The notes beneath the pieces are model-generated. The model saw only the letters and a list, made by a program, of their open reading frames with translations. It searched no databases and was not told the origin of the DNA. The position numbers were made by a program, and so were the translations under genes. Shown here in pieces: positions 48,803 through 60,800 of a stretch of 64,000 nt of DNA. Each line of letters opens with the position of its first letter. The first letter of the stretch is position 1. Location of the stretch: contig CAIUMP010000030.1 of NCBI GenBank assembly GCA_903900335.1, positions 8,068-72,067 of the forward strand. Reading direction: 5' to 3'. The DNA is from an uncultured Ignavibacteriota bacterium (GTDB taxonomy: Bacteria; Bacteroidota; Ignavibacteria; Palsa-1295).

Positions 48803-51800
48803 TTACTTCGTCAGTACGATTTTAACAGTGGTGCTGCTTGTCTGTCCGTCGGCGGTGAGTGCCTTGAGCGTTACCATGTAGGTGCCGCTTGGCATCATAG
48901 AACCGCTACCGTCCTTACCGTCCCAGTCGGCGGTGAATACTCCTGCGCTCTCGATCGGGCCATCCACAAGGGTGCGGACTGCATGACCAAGGAGATCCAT
49001 CACCACAATTTCCACCTGCGTCGACGGAGCACCCGCGGACCAGGTGATCTTCGTCGAAGCATTCTCACTCAGCGAGAATGGATTTGGGTAGTCTCCGAGA
49101 ATGGAGAACTTCTCAAAAGCCATGGGCGTCGCTTCCGCGATACGATCGAACGTCTCCCGCGTGCCATCGTTGTCAATTGCGACGACCTTGTAGAAGTAGG
49201 TCATACCATTTACAACGGTATTATCGACGAAGCTGTAATTGCTACCTTGTGCGCTTGCTGAACCGCCTGCCAGCAGATCCTTCGTGCCATAGGCACTCGC
49301 GATTTCGGTGAAGGCATGATCTGGAGCATCGGAACGCAGCACGGCAAAGCCGTAGGCATTCTTCTCCTCTGCAGTGCGGAAGGTAACATCTACTCTGCGA
49401 TTGAGACCCGTAGCATTCAGGCTCAAAAGTTCGACAGGCAACGTGCCAAGGTAGGCGTTCTCGTCCGCGCCAATTTCCGGTTTTGGAATTGAGGTACGAC
49501 CCTGATAGTCGATGTCGCCCGTTATGGTCGGCATGAACGATCCCTTGTAGAATACTGCACTTGCATAGGTTGACAAATGCAGATCTGTATTGCTGACGAA
49601 CTTCGGATCCCCCGTGATCGAGTTCGCATCGCGGCCAGTCCAGGAAGGAATGGCTCGAAGCGTCGCTAGAGACGGGAAGGAAACGGAGCCCAGCAACGCG
49701 GCATTGCCGGACGGCATGAAGTAATCATTGAAATCCACGGCGTCGAAATCGGCGGCAAGCTGCGCCCCCAGAGCGAAGACCGTATTCTGGTATGAACCAA
49801 TGCGATGAAGCGAGAAGATATTATCCATCACACTATCGCGATTACCCACGCCATCCTGAGCTAAGACAGCGATCGCATAATCATTCGGCGAGAGATCACT
49901 CTTTGTACCATACAGATTGATGGAGTTAAAGAAGATTCGCGCGAACGTCGGTGCCGCTGTTGCGTTCGACGCTTCGTCGATTCCACGCAGCGAACCTGTC
50001 GTGTTGTCGGAAAGCACGATGAAGTTATTGTAGATGAACGGCAGATAGCCACCCGTTACTTCCACACCCGTGACGTTCGACGTGGTGGTTGAACGAACGT
50101 TGATGATCGCATTCTGGCCCGCTGCATTGCCGCTTGAATTCACATCCGAAGAGAGGCGAATACCGCGAACGGTTGCATCGGCGCCGTAGTAGGTTGGGTT
50201 GCTGATGTAGTTTCCATCGGCCGTGGAGTTTGAAGTCCAGTTGCCGAAGAAGATACCGGACGAGTTAAAGTCCTGGATCTTCGATTGGCGCACTGTGAGG
50301 CCGCTTACTGGCGCACCAGCAGCACCAAAGGAATAGACGCCATTCCAGCCGAACGAAATGGAATCGTTCGCAAGTCCGTCATTCACTTCGCCGCCACCGT
50401 ACGAGCCCGAAACCACGGAGACGACTCCCAAGGAGGCTCCAGAGTGATCCATCGTCCGAGTGGAAGAAGGCGTTGCGATCACAGCGTTGTTAACCGCATT
50501 ATTTGACGCGCCATTCGTCATAATGATCGCACTGTTAGCAAATCCACCCGTAGCATTGATAATGGAGAGTGACCGCTTGGCCGTGACACCATTGTTTCCA
50601 TCGATCACGATATTATTCGCAGCCGAATCGAACACAAGAACAGATGTTAGGTTTGTTGGGCCGAGCAGATTCGGTATCGAAGTGCCAACAATTGCTGAGT
50701 TCTTGCCCGCGGCTGCGTGGAAGCGAACAGGGTTGTTCTGACCAATACCATCCGCTGGCACGAGCGTGAGCGGCGTGCTGGTCGTGTCGGTCCCATTGAG
50801 CATGTAAATATCAACTGCTGCATCCACACCGTTAGCATTTAGCGAACGGATAGCGGAGGCGAGCGTCGGATAATTACCCGTCGAAGGATCGATCGTGTAG
50901 CTGCCTGCGAGTCTGTTATTACGAGGTCCGTCGAACTCCGTCGCACCAATATCCGGCACGTAACCGCGAGGGTTCCCATCGATATCGTAATCCTGCGCGC
51001 CGGATGGACCGCGCGAGCCCGGCATCCCACCATTTTGGATGCGACTTGGTACCAGCGTGATATGAAGATCAGAAGTGCCTACGAAGTTTGGCTGTTCGCT
51101 GACACTATTGCGATCTTGCATACCCCAAGCGGTACCGGTGGTCACCATGCGCCATGCGACGAGGGTCGGCATATTGAGTCCCTGCGCCTGCGCGAGCATC
51201 GCGTTCGGGCCTGCGGCCGTAAACCAATCATTGTAGTCCGATGTGAACGTACCAGTTGGAAGTGCCGGCGAGTACGAGGCGAAGTTAGAACCAGTAGCTC
51301 CCGCACCATTCGTACGCCCGTTGTAGAAGATGTTGTTGTTGAGAGCCACATTGAGCGGTGCATTACCCCAGAGTGCATAACTCGAACCCGACCCGGTACT
51401 CGTTCCGCCAAGCGCAACCGTGTTATTCTGGATAACCGCACTTGTGGAGTTGTTGAGTTGTATACCATAGATCGTCGCCGTTGGCATCGAGGTCTGGCGG
51501 CCAAGGCTGATCATGTTGTCGAATACGCGATTGGAGCTCCCTGGCAGTGTGCTTGAAAGCCCGATACCAAGTAGTACGGGGTTTGTTGCACTTGTAGAGA
51601 AGTCCATCACCTTGTTTGCTCCGATCTCCACACTGCCAGTATTGCCACCGCTGACCAGAATTCCCGTCATGGAGGTGCTTGCAGCAGCAGTTGCTCCAGA
51701 GCTGATCGCGTTTCCGCGGATCATGGCGTTGGTCACCTTATCGCCAATCTGGATGCCGTACGATGAGAAGCCAGTGATCGCGTTGTTCCAAATTCCGAGA

Positions 51801-54800
51801 CCGGAGTTTGTGAATGCGCTTGAAGAGACCACGATACCGCTCGCCGCGGAGGCAATGTCATTATTCATGATCATTGTGCTACTCATCGCGATGCGCGTCG
51901 GCCCAACCGTAATGCCAGCACCCGATGCGACAGCAATGTTACGAATGATGGTATTCTTGATCGTGTCGGACGAACCATCACGCACGAGGAATACGCTCGC
52001 TGTAGAGTTGGCACCAGTCAGGTTGATAGTCCAATTGCGAGTCGTGCCATTCGAGGTGTTTGAACCATCGAAAATGACATAACTTGCACTGTCGAGCAGA
52101 ATGCCGTAGTTCTTCGACGGACTTGAAGCGATGTTCATCACAGGCGAGACCCCAACCGCAGGTTTCACAACAATGATATTCGCATTGCCCAGGCCGACGA
52201 TGCCGCTGAAGGAAATCGGGCTGGGCTCGTTGTACGAGGCATCGTTGAGGATGAAATTCACCCTCATCTGAACACCGCAATCATGCGCTGCCTGGGCAGC
52301 GACACTCAAGTTTGCAAAGTCCTTGCCGACACCGATGTTGTACGTACCGGCGAGCGGCTGACAGACAATCACTCGGATGGAAGCTGTTGTGTCATTCGTG
52401 TTGTCTACGTCAAAGCCATAGTTTGCGTAGGCATACACGGAGTAGCTACCAATATCAGGTAGCAACAATGAATCGAACGTCACCTGCGTGCTGGCACCGG
52501 GTCCCAATGTTGGGATGATGACTGTAGTAGAAAGGCGTTTCGAACCCACTAGCGAGTCATAGGTGACTGCCGTAACGGGGATGTTCGTGCCCGTTCCTGC
52601 CGCGCCGTTACGGAAGGTTGCCATTACGTGAGGCGTCGCCGTGTTCGGACGATAAGCAGAATTGTTCAGCGGTTGATCAATGCTAACTCCGATGACATCC
52701 ACTGCCTTCAGGAAGTTACCCTCATTTGCTCCTACGTCCGGTGTGGAAGCATTACGTACATTACCATCAATGTCTGTCGTAATTCCACCGACCGGTATGC
52801 CGCCGGACTCGATCAGCGTTGGCGCGGAGGTATTAATATACAGATTAGCATCGCTGATAAAGACGGGAGTAGGGGTAAAGCTACTTGTTTCCAGCGCCCC
52901 ACCTAATGCCGTGCGGATCTGTACCGCACGTGTGTAGGACGTCCCCGCAATAAGCGCATTCGTCGCGTTCGCGGATGTCCCTGTACCAGATATGTTATTG
53001 TTGCTGGCCGTGGCAAGTGATGAGACTGCTTCGATGACATATCCGTACGCCCTCCGTCCACCGGAAGGCTCTGTTTGCTGGTTTCCAAAGATATTGTTCA
53101 CCAACGTAAGATTGGAAGCCGTCGACGCAACGTAGAGAGCAGCGCTCACTCCGCCAGTACCACCGATACCCGTAGTGTCCCGGTTACCCGTCAGTCCGAT
53201 CGAGTTGAAATAGAGCCTGTCACCGGAAGCTGCTCCGAGATAGATACCGGCGTTCGCGCCCGCACCCGTTGTTACGGATGAGTTGCTTATTACGTGCCAG
53301 ATCATGTTGTTGCTAATCGTGACTCCACCGCCGCCATTATCAACAATACCACGAGCGCTACCACTCGTAGCTCCGAAGGCTTCGATATCGTGCAGCTTAT
53401 TAAGCGCGATAGTGCCGCCAGTGGCCGTTCCGGTTAGATCAATAGCGGCGACTCCGCCCGTACTGGAGTAGATACCCGTTATTTCATTCGACGTGATCGT
53501 GTTTCCAGTCGAACCCGAGATGGTGATGCCCTCGATGCCGATGCGCAGCGTGTTGTCACCAACCAACGGTCCGATCTGGTTTCCAGTAATGACAAGGCCG
53601 GAGTTCGGCGTACCCGTTGGGCCGCTGATCACAATACCGTATGCAGCATTGCGGATCTCATTGTTCTGAATGATTACGCCGTTGTGCGAACCTGTGGAAC
53701 CCAGCGATGAACCTGCGGCATAAATACCCGCGACGGTGCCAGTTGTACCACCCGAGATAACTCGTGCGTTCTTAAGGACGAAGTTGTTGTCACCTGCCCC
53801 GCCAACAGAATCCACCAGCCAGAATACCGACTGGCCGAATGTATTTCCAGCGGCGAACTGGAACGTCGTGTTGCGCGTAACGCCACCGGCTGTATTGCTT
53901 CCATCAAAAGTAATAGATGGCATCGAATTCAAGCGAATACCCCATGGACGAAGTGCCGTCGGGCTGAAGTTGATCACCGGGGTAATTCCGGGAATCGGCT
54001 TGAAGGTGATCGGAGTCGAGGAGGACTCGCTCCATGTCTGATTACCGGTGATCGATGGCTCGTTATAGGTATTATCGGTGAGGTTGAAATTCACGGCACC
54101 GATAACACCATTGCGTGCGACTGAATCGAACGCAGCTTTGATCGTCGGGGCATATTGCCCAACGCCTACGTTGTAGTTGCCAGCCAAGCCGACCGTTACA
54201 TTGATTGTTACGCTGACCGTGTCGTCAACGGTGAACTCCTCACCAGGTGCGGTTGCGAAGGCACGGATCTGCCACTGACCTGCCGTTGTGGGAGTGAACG
54301 TGAACGTACTCGCTGCAGTCGGGGAACCAGCAACAGCCATTGACGAGATCGTCGTGTTGAAAGTAGCCTGAACAATTCCATTGCCGTCAAGCACCTGGTA
54401 GGTGATCGGCGTGTTGGTCATCGCCACAACACCACCATTTCGGAAGTTTGCGACAGCACTGATGCTGGAGTTCGCATAGAAATGTGTGCCGGTGGTCGGC
54501 TGAGACATTGACGTAGCCACCGCGTCGACATTGAATTCGGACGTGTAGTTACCTTCGAAAGCGCCGATGTCCGGGTAGCGAGCATTTCTCGTGTTACCGT
54601 TGATATCGGTGGTGATTCCTGCAATCGGTGAAGCATGGGATTCGATGCGCGTAGGTACTCCCAGGGCAGGAGCAAAATTGCCGCCCACGGAATCCTGCCA
54701 GATCTGGCGCTCGTACCAACTGTTGAGATCCTGCCCAGTACCGGCCTGCCACGCCGCAAGATTTGAATACGTTGTGGACGTCGTGCCATTGTAGTAGTAT

Positions 54801-57800
54801 GCGAACGTCCCCTGCGATGAGGCGCCGATGTAGTAGAGATTGTTATTGTAATTCTCCACCAAATTCACCGCATTGTAGTCATACATAAAATAGCTGGAGA
54901 GCGGCGCTAATCGATCATAAACAAAGACATTATTTTTGATGTCTCCACCATGATAGTAGATGTAATTCATGTAGTAACCGTTGTACGTCGCCGAGTTGCC
55001 ACCCACGTAGAACGTGTTGTAATAGACCTGCGACGGGCCGTATGTACTGTACGGTGCCGTGTACTCGAAGAACAGTGGATACTCAATATATACGGACGAC
55101 TGGGTATCATGCTCCATCGCGACAAGATTGTTCGCAATCAACGCCCCACCAGCGTAGGCGTAAATGCCGGCATAGATGTACGCACCAGCATAGGATGAAC
55201 GCAACTTCCAAATACGATTTCCGATGAAATTCGTCTGGCCATACTGCCCATAGAGGAACACGGGGTATAGCGTCGAGAGCGGCACCACCGTATCGGATTG
55301 AATCAGATTACCCTGGAACAACGTGTTCGTGGTATAATAAGAATTGTAGATCGCGCAATAAGAGAAGCGCGAGAACTTGTTGCCGATGAATTGATTGCCG
55401 TTAGCAAGCACGGTCGAACTACCAACTCCATAATTGTACAGACCGTAATAGCAATCTCGGATCCAATTATTTTTGAAGATATTGAAACTGGATGGGGTCC
55501 CGCCGCTCGGTCCGGTCAGCAGAAGACCGATCGGATAGGAGCTCCAACCAGAGCCACTCATGCCAGAGTAGAAGGTTGAGTCCTGAATGACGCAATTCTT
55601 GATCGAGTCATTCTGCGCAGCGCTCATCAGGATCACTGGCGAATAACTGGATATGGTCGGATGTATAATGAACGTCAAGTTCTGCGTCGTTCCACCCTCC
55701 GTGTTCGAGCCGTCGATTGTGAGGAACTGGGTATTCACGAGTCCCAACCCCGGATAAGCCGTTGTGTACGCGGTCGCGACCGAGGCGGACGATCCGTTGC
55801 CCCAGAAATGAACGGTCGCATTTACTCCCGAAGCGGGTTTTATTCGCAATCTTCGGCCAGAATTCGCGCCAAGTATCGCACCGCCATTCCCGATGTAGGC
55901 AGTATTAAAAGCTGGTGAATTATAGGTCGCGTCCGTCAACTGGAACGTCACATTCCCGGCGAGGCCGTAATTGACAAGGGAGTCGAACGCGGCTTTAAAT
56001 GTTGGTGCCCACTGACCAGAGCCGACAGTGTACAATCCCGAAAGTCCAGCTGCGGTGGTTATGCGCAACACACCCGAACTGTCATTCGTACGGAGCGCAT
56101 CCGCAGTCGCATTTACATAGATCCTATGTCCGTAGGTGTGGAGCAACGGGTACGTCACTGAGTCAATTTGCAGTGTACGAGTCTCACCGGCACGGACGCT
56201 ATCGATCACACCGGAGACGGTGGTAATGGCGAATGTACTGGAATCAATGATTTGACTTACGACCGGGACGCTGTAAGCATTAGTTGTACCAAAATTGGTG
56301 ACGCTAATTATCGGCCGAACCCCAGTACCCGCAATAAACTTTGCGCCACTAGCCGGCAGAGATACTGAATTTATGGCTACGTCAATAGCCGCTGTTGCAA
56401 AATTGCCTTCATCCGCACCGATGTCTGGCGTTGTGGCATTGCGCGTGTCACCATCGAGATCGACGGTTACTCCGGCAACCGGAATACCTCCGGACTCGGC
56501 ACGCGTGGGTACCGTTGTCAGAAGATGTGGGTCGGTGAGGCTTACGAATGGAGCGTTGGCTTGCCATGAATGAATGTCGCCACTCGTCATCATCTTCAAA
56601 CTGTCAAAGCTCCCGACATACTTAGTGCGCGAGCCGTCGTAACCGAGGAATCCATGATTCCCAGGTGCAGCAATAATATTATTGTCGCTAAACTTGATGT
56701 CGCCAGCACCATAGTACGTCATGTAGCCGACGTTGAAGCCAAGCGTCGGGTTCATGCGGATGCCATTCGAGAAGATGTTGTTTACGACGGTAAGTCCAAA
56801 CGCACCGCTGGATGTACCAAAAGCTTCGGTATACTGGGCGCTAGCGTAGGTGTACGTAACCGACGTATCGAAGAGTTCGACCGTATTGTTGGCGATAATG
56901 TCACCTACTCCCGAGCTGATAAAAATTCCGGCAACAGCAGGAGCCGTAGACGAGGTGCCTCCCGTATAACTTGGATTTGTTATATGGAGGTCGTAAACCA
57001 TGTTGTTCGCGAAGAGGTTATTCGCGAGTGGCGGGAAGTTGTTGGACTCAAAAATACCATAGATAGTCCCCGAAGTACCCTGCAACCTGATATTGTGTAT
57101 CTTATTTCTTGTAAATTTGAGGTTCGAAACGGCCCCGACAGACGATGGGATTTGCAACCCGTATAGATTAGCAGTGCCAGTTCCCTCGTAGATGCGCTGA
57201 ATATCGTTGTTATCGACCGTACAGGAATCCGCTCCCTGAATGACGACCCCTGTTGAACAAACAGAGTCTGTCCCCGAAGCACCTGGGCCAATCAGGTTGT
57301 TTGTTACGACAATACGCTTTAGTGGCAGGTCATAGAAATCCGGCGACTGCCCGACCAGGCGCACTCCGACTGCAACCTGCGAGAGGCTGTTATTTGTCAC
57401 CGTCAGGTCACTGACCGTCGTTGAGCCGGCATTGCCGCTCACGCTGGTTATGGCATAGACACCATAATCGGCCAGTGCGCTCGTAAGCGCTGTATTGTAA
57501 CCACCACGAATGTTAAGGTTCTTGATGGTCACATTTGACGTATTGAGCGGAGTCCCGTCAAAGAGAGATACGCATGGCAGAACGTAGATCTGGTAAAGAT
57601 TCTGCGTGGTAGAGGAATTCGTGCCTCCGGTCCAGGTCATGTCGCGCGTTGTACCACCGGTAGTATTAGAACCATCGATAATCACGTTCGAAACACCCGC
57701 AATTTCAAATGCGAATGGCGCAGTATAGTTCGTCTGTGTGATGTTGACCTGTGGGGAGAATCCGACGTTTGGCTTGATGGTGATCGTATTGGTCGGTGAG

Positions 57801-60800
57801 CTGCCCATGATCGGTCCTTGCAGCTGGAGCGGCCCAACCGTTTCAGTCAACGTCGCCGTATTGATGAGGAATCGGACGGGGCCAGAAACACCCGCCTGCT
57901 CAACGGAATCGAGTGCTGCTTTCAGAGATGGGAAATTCGCCCCTGTTCCCGCGATCAGATAATCTCCACTGAGCGGCCCGTACACGTGGACGGTATCCCA
58001 GAATGTCATGTAATTCGTGTTGCCTGGCGGCGTACTGCCTGGCGGATTGAATCCCGAACCACCATTCGGGTAGGTGGAGGGATTCGGAATTGCCATGTTA
58101 TCTTGCGCCGCAAGATAGAACTGCATCTTTGTACCATAGGACTGGCCAGGAATGGTAAAATTGAAGATGCTCCCGCCTACGTTCGATCCTGTTGCCGAGC
58201 TCCAGAAAGCCGAGCTACTCGCCTTGTAGTAAATGATCGGCGGGTAGGTACTTGTATTCACGCCGTTTGGATCCGTGATCGTCGCGGAGATCGTAATCGC
58301 ACCTGTACTCTGAGTTTTGGATACTCGAGCGTAGGTGATCGCAGGGCCGACATCATCCGTGCTGGAAACAGCCAGGCTTCCTTCGCTCGCTCCGATCGTT
58401 GGCGCAATATTGCGCGAAGCACCATTGTAGTCGGTCGTTACCGACGCCAGCGCTTTACCCGCCCGCCACAGGCGAGAGGTTGAACCATTGATGTAGTTGA
58501 GCGAGTCGGTTGTGCTAAATGGCGGGAGTTCGGTGAAGCTATGAATGTTCTGGTAATACGCGGATGTCAGCGACTTGTAGTCGGAGAGCATATATCCATA
58601 GTTTCCATAGTAGCCGGTGCAATGATAGGGGTCGCTACCTGAACCCGTGGTATTTACGTAGTAATCATTAAAGTCTTCGAATACCGTACCTGACGTTGAG
58701 GCGCGATAGATCCCATAGGCGTAGTAGCCCGCCACACCCGTTGTCTGGGTTCGGTTTCCAATGATATTATTCAGAATGTACAGTTCGACACCTGTGGTCG
58801 CACTTGGGCTCACATAGAGGCAATAGGTTGTGAAACCATACGCCGGAGAGGCAGCCCCACTTTGCATTCCGAACCAAATGGTGTTATTGCAAATGCTGTC
58901 TCGCATCGAAGGATAGAGCTGTCCGCTAAACGCAGCGGGAGAGCCGGGTGAATAATAGATCCCATACACAGCACTTCCGCTGTAACTGCTTGTATAGTTG
59001 AAGTTGATGTCGGAGATCATGTTATTGTAGACCACCGTCCCGCCTAGATTCGAAGTGAGGTACATGCCATACCACGTCCCGGTGGAGGATGCAGAATACA
59101 AGCCGAAGCGGATGTCCTTGATCTTATTTCCAATGATACGAGGACGTAGATTACTTGAGATGTAGAAGGCATAATAGCTGCTGGGATAGTAGCAATTCAT
59201 GCGCGTGACTGTATTGCCCTGAAGCAGCGTCTCTATTGTGCTTGAAACGTAGAACTTGTAATACCCATAATAGTCCCACCAATCAGAGACCATATTGTTC
59301 AACACCTTCGCACGAACTACAGTGTTGCCTGAGAGATAGACGGCAAAACCGTACATGTAGGTGTTGGGCGTTGTCGGATGGTACCCGACGTTCGTCCAGA
59401 TGTTATTGGAAATTGTCGGGTTAATAAGGTATCCGCCTGCCCCGTAAAAACCGTAGTAGGTGAAGTTCGTGCTAGGACCAGTTAATCCATAGACACCCAT
59501 GCTCGATTTCACATTGTTGATCACAAGCCCAACCTGTCCATACCCACCCATGTTGTAACATGTACTGTAGGAGGATATCGACGAGGCGGTTGTAGGCTGA
59601 CCGAGATTCAGGAATGTTCCGCCCTGAACGGTTGCGTTCAATTCGTTGAGGGAATCATACACCGCCATCGTCGGGAAGTAACTCTGGAACATCACACCAT
59701 TCCATGCGACGATCGTGTCATTGACGAGCTTGTTAGCAACGTTCGGAATTCCAGGAGCACTGTTGTAGTAGCTCGACGATACCATCATTCCGACCGAATA
59801 ATAATACCGGTTCTGCAAAATGGCGCTACACTGATACACCGAGTCGAAACGGCAGCCACCCGTCAAGAAGAAGCCTACACTCAGTGCGTAGTTCGTGTTC
59901 GCAACGGACCAGTTCAACTGTTGAACGGTGATACCGTTGAAGGTGACATACTGTGCTCCGCTCATCAAAACGGCGGCGGCAAAGAACTGCGTATTCGAAT
60001 AGCCAGAGGTTACACTTGGCTGTCCCGAGAAATTGGGATTTCCGTTACGCTGAATGAAGACACTACTTGGTCCATTCTGGGACTTGAAGACGACGCGATT
60101 CGAGGCACTTACCCCACGGTAATATCCGATGATCAGTGAGTCGTTGTACGTGCCAGGGGCTGCTAGGATCGTTACGCCGCCGGACCCAACGCCAGAGTCG
60201 GCAAGGGCCTGCGCCGCAGCGCGGAAAGAGGCATATCCCCCGGTGCCGATAAGGCGCGTTCCGCTGATCGTCGGCGGCGCTTCGGCTACAGAAATATTAT
60301 CGATAAGCCAACCGAAGAAATCATTCGAGGAGTTGCTCTTTACGCGAAACCGGATCTTCACGCTGGCTGACTTGAAGGCGCTTAGATCGAAGACTTCCTT
60401 CATCCACATTGATTGACCGGTCGTTGGCGCAGAGCTCGTTGCAGTAAACTTGATGTCCCACTCTGGGCGGCTTTGGGCATCGAAATAGGGACCGTCCACA
60501 TAGGTGGTGGTAGCGCCACCCGCTGGGTAGGCCCCTGTCTTGCGCCAAGAATTACCATTGTATTGGGTGTTCGATGGTATTACCCAAGTCACGCCATTGT
60601 CAGTAGATACTTCGACGATCGCCTGATCGTAAAAGCGCTCAAGTGCGGCAATGTGCCAGAAGGTGAGAATCGGCTTTGTCGAGCCGCTGAGGCTGAATGC
60701 GCGTGAAGTGAGCGCATCGTTGTTTAGCGTTGGCGATGAGGTGCCGGCGGTTTGGAACCACGCGGCCTTTGTCCCGCCGAAGGTGTATGTGGAATTCGTT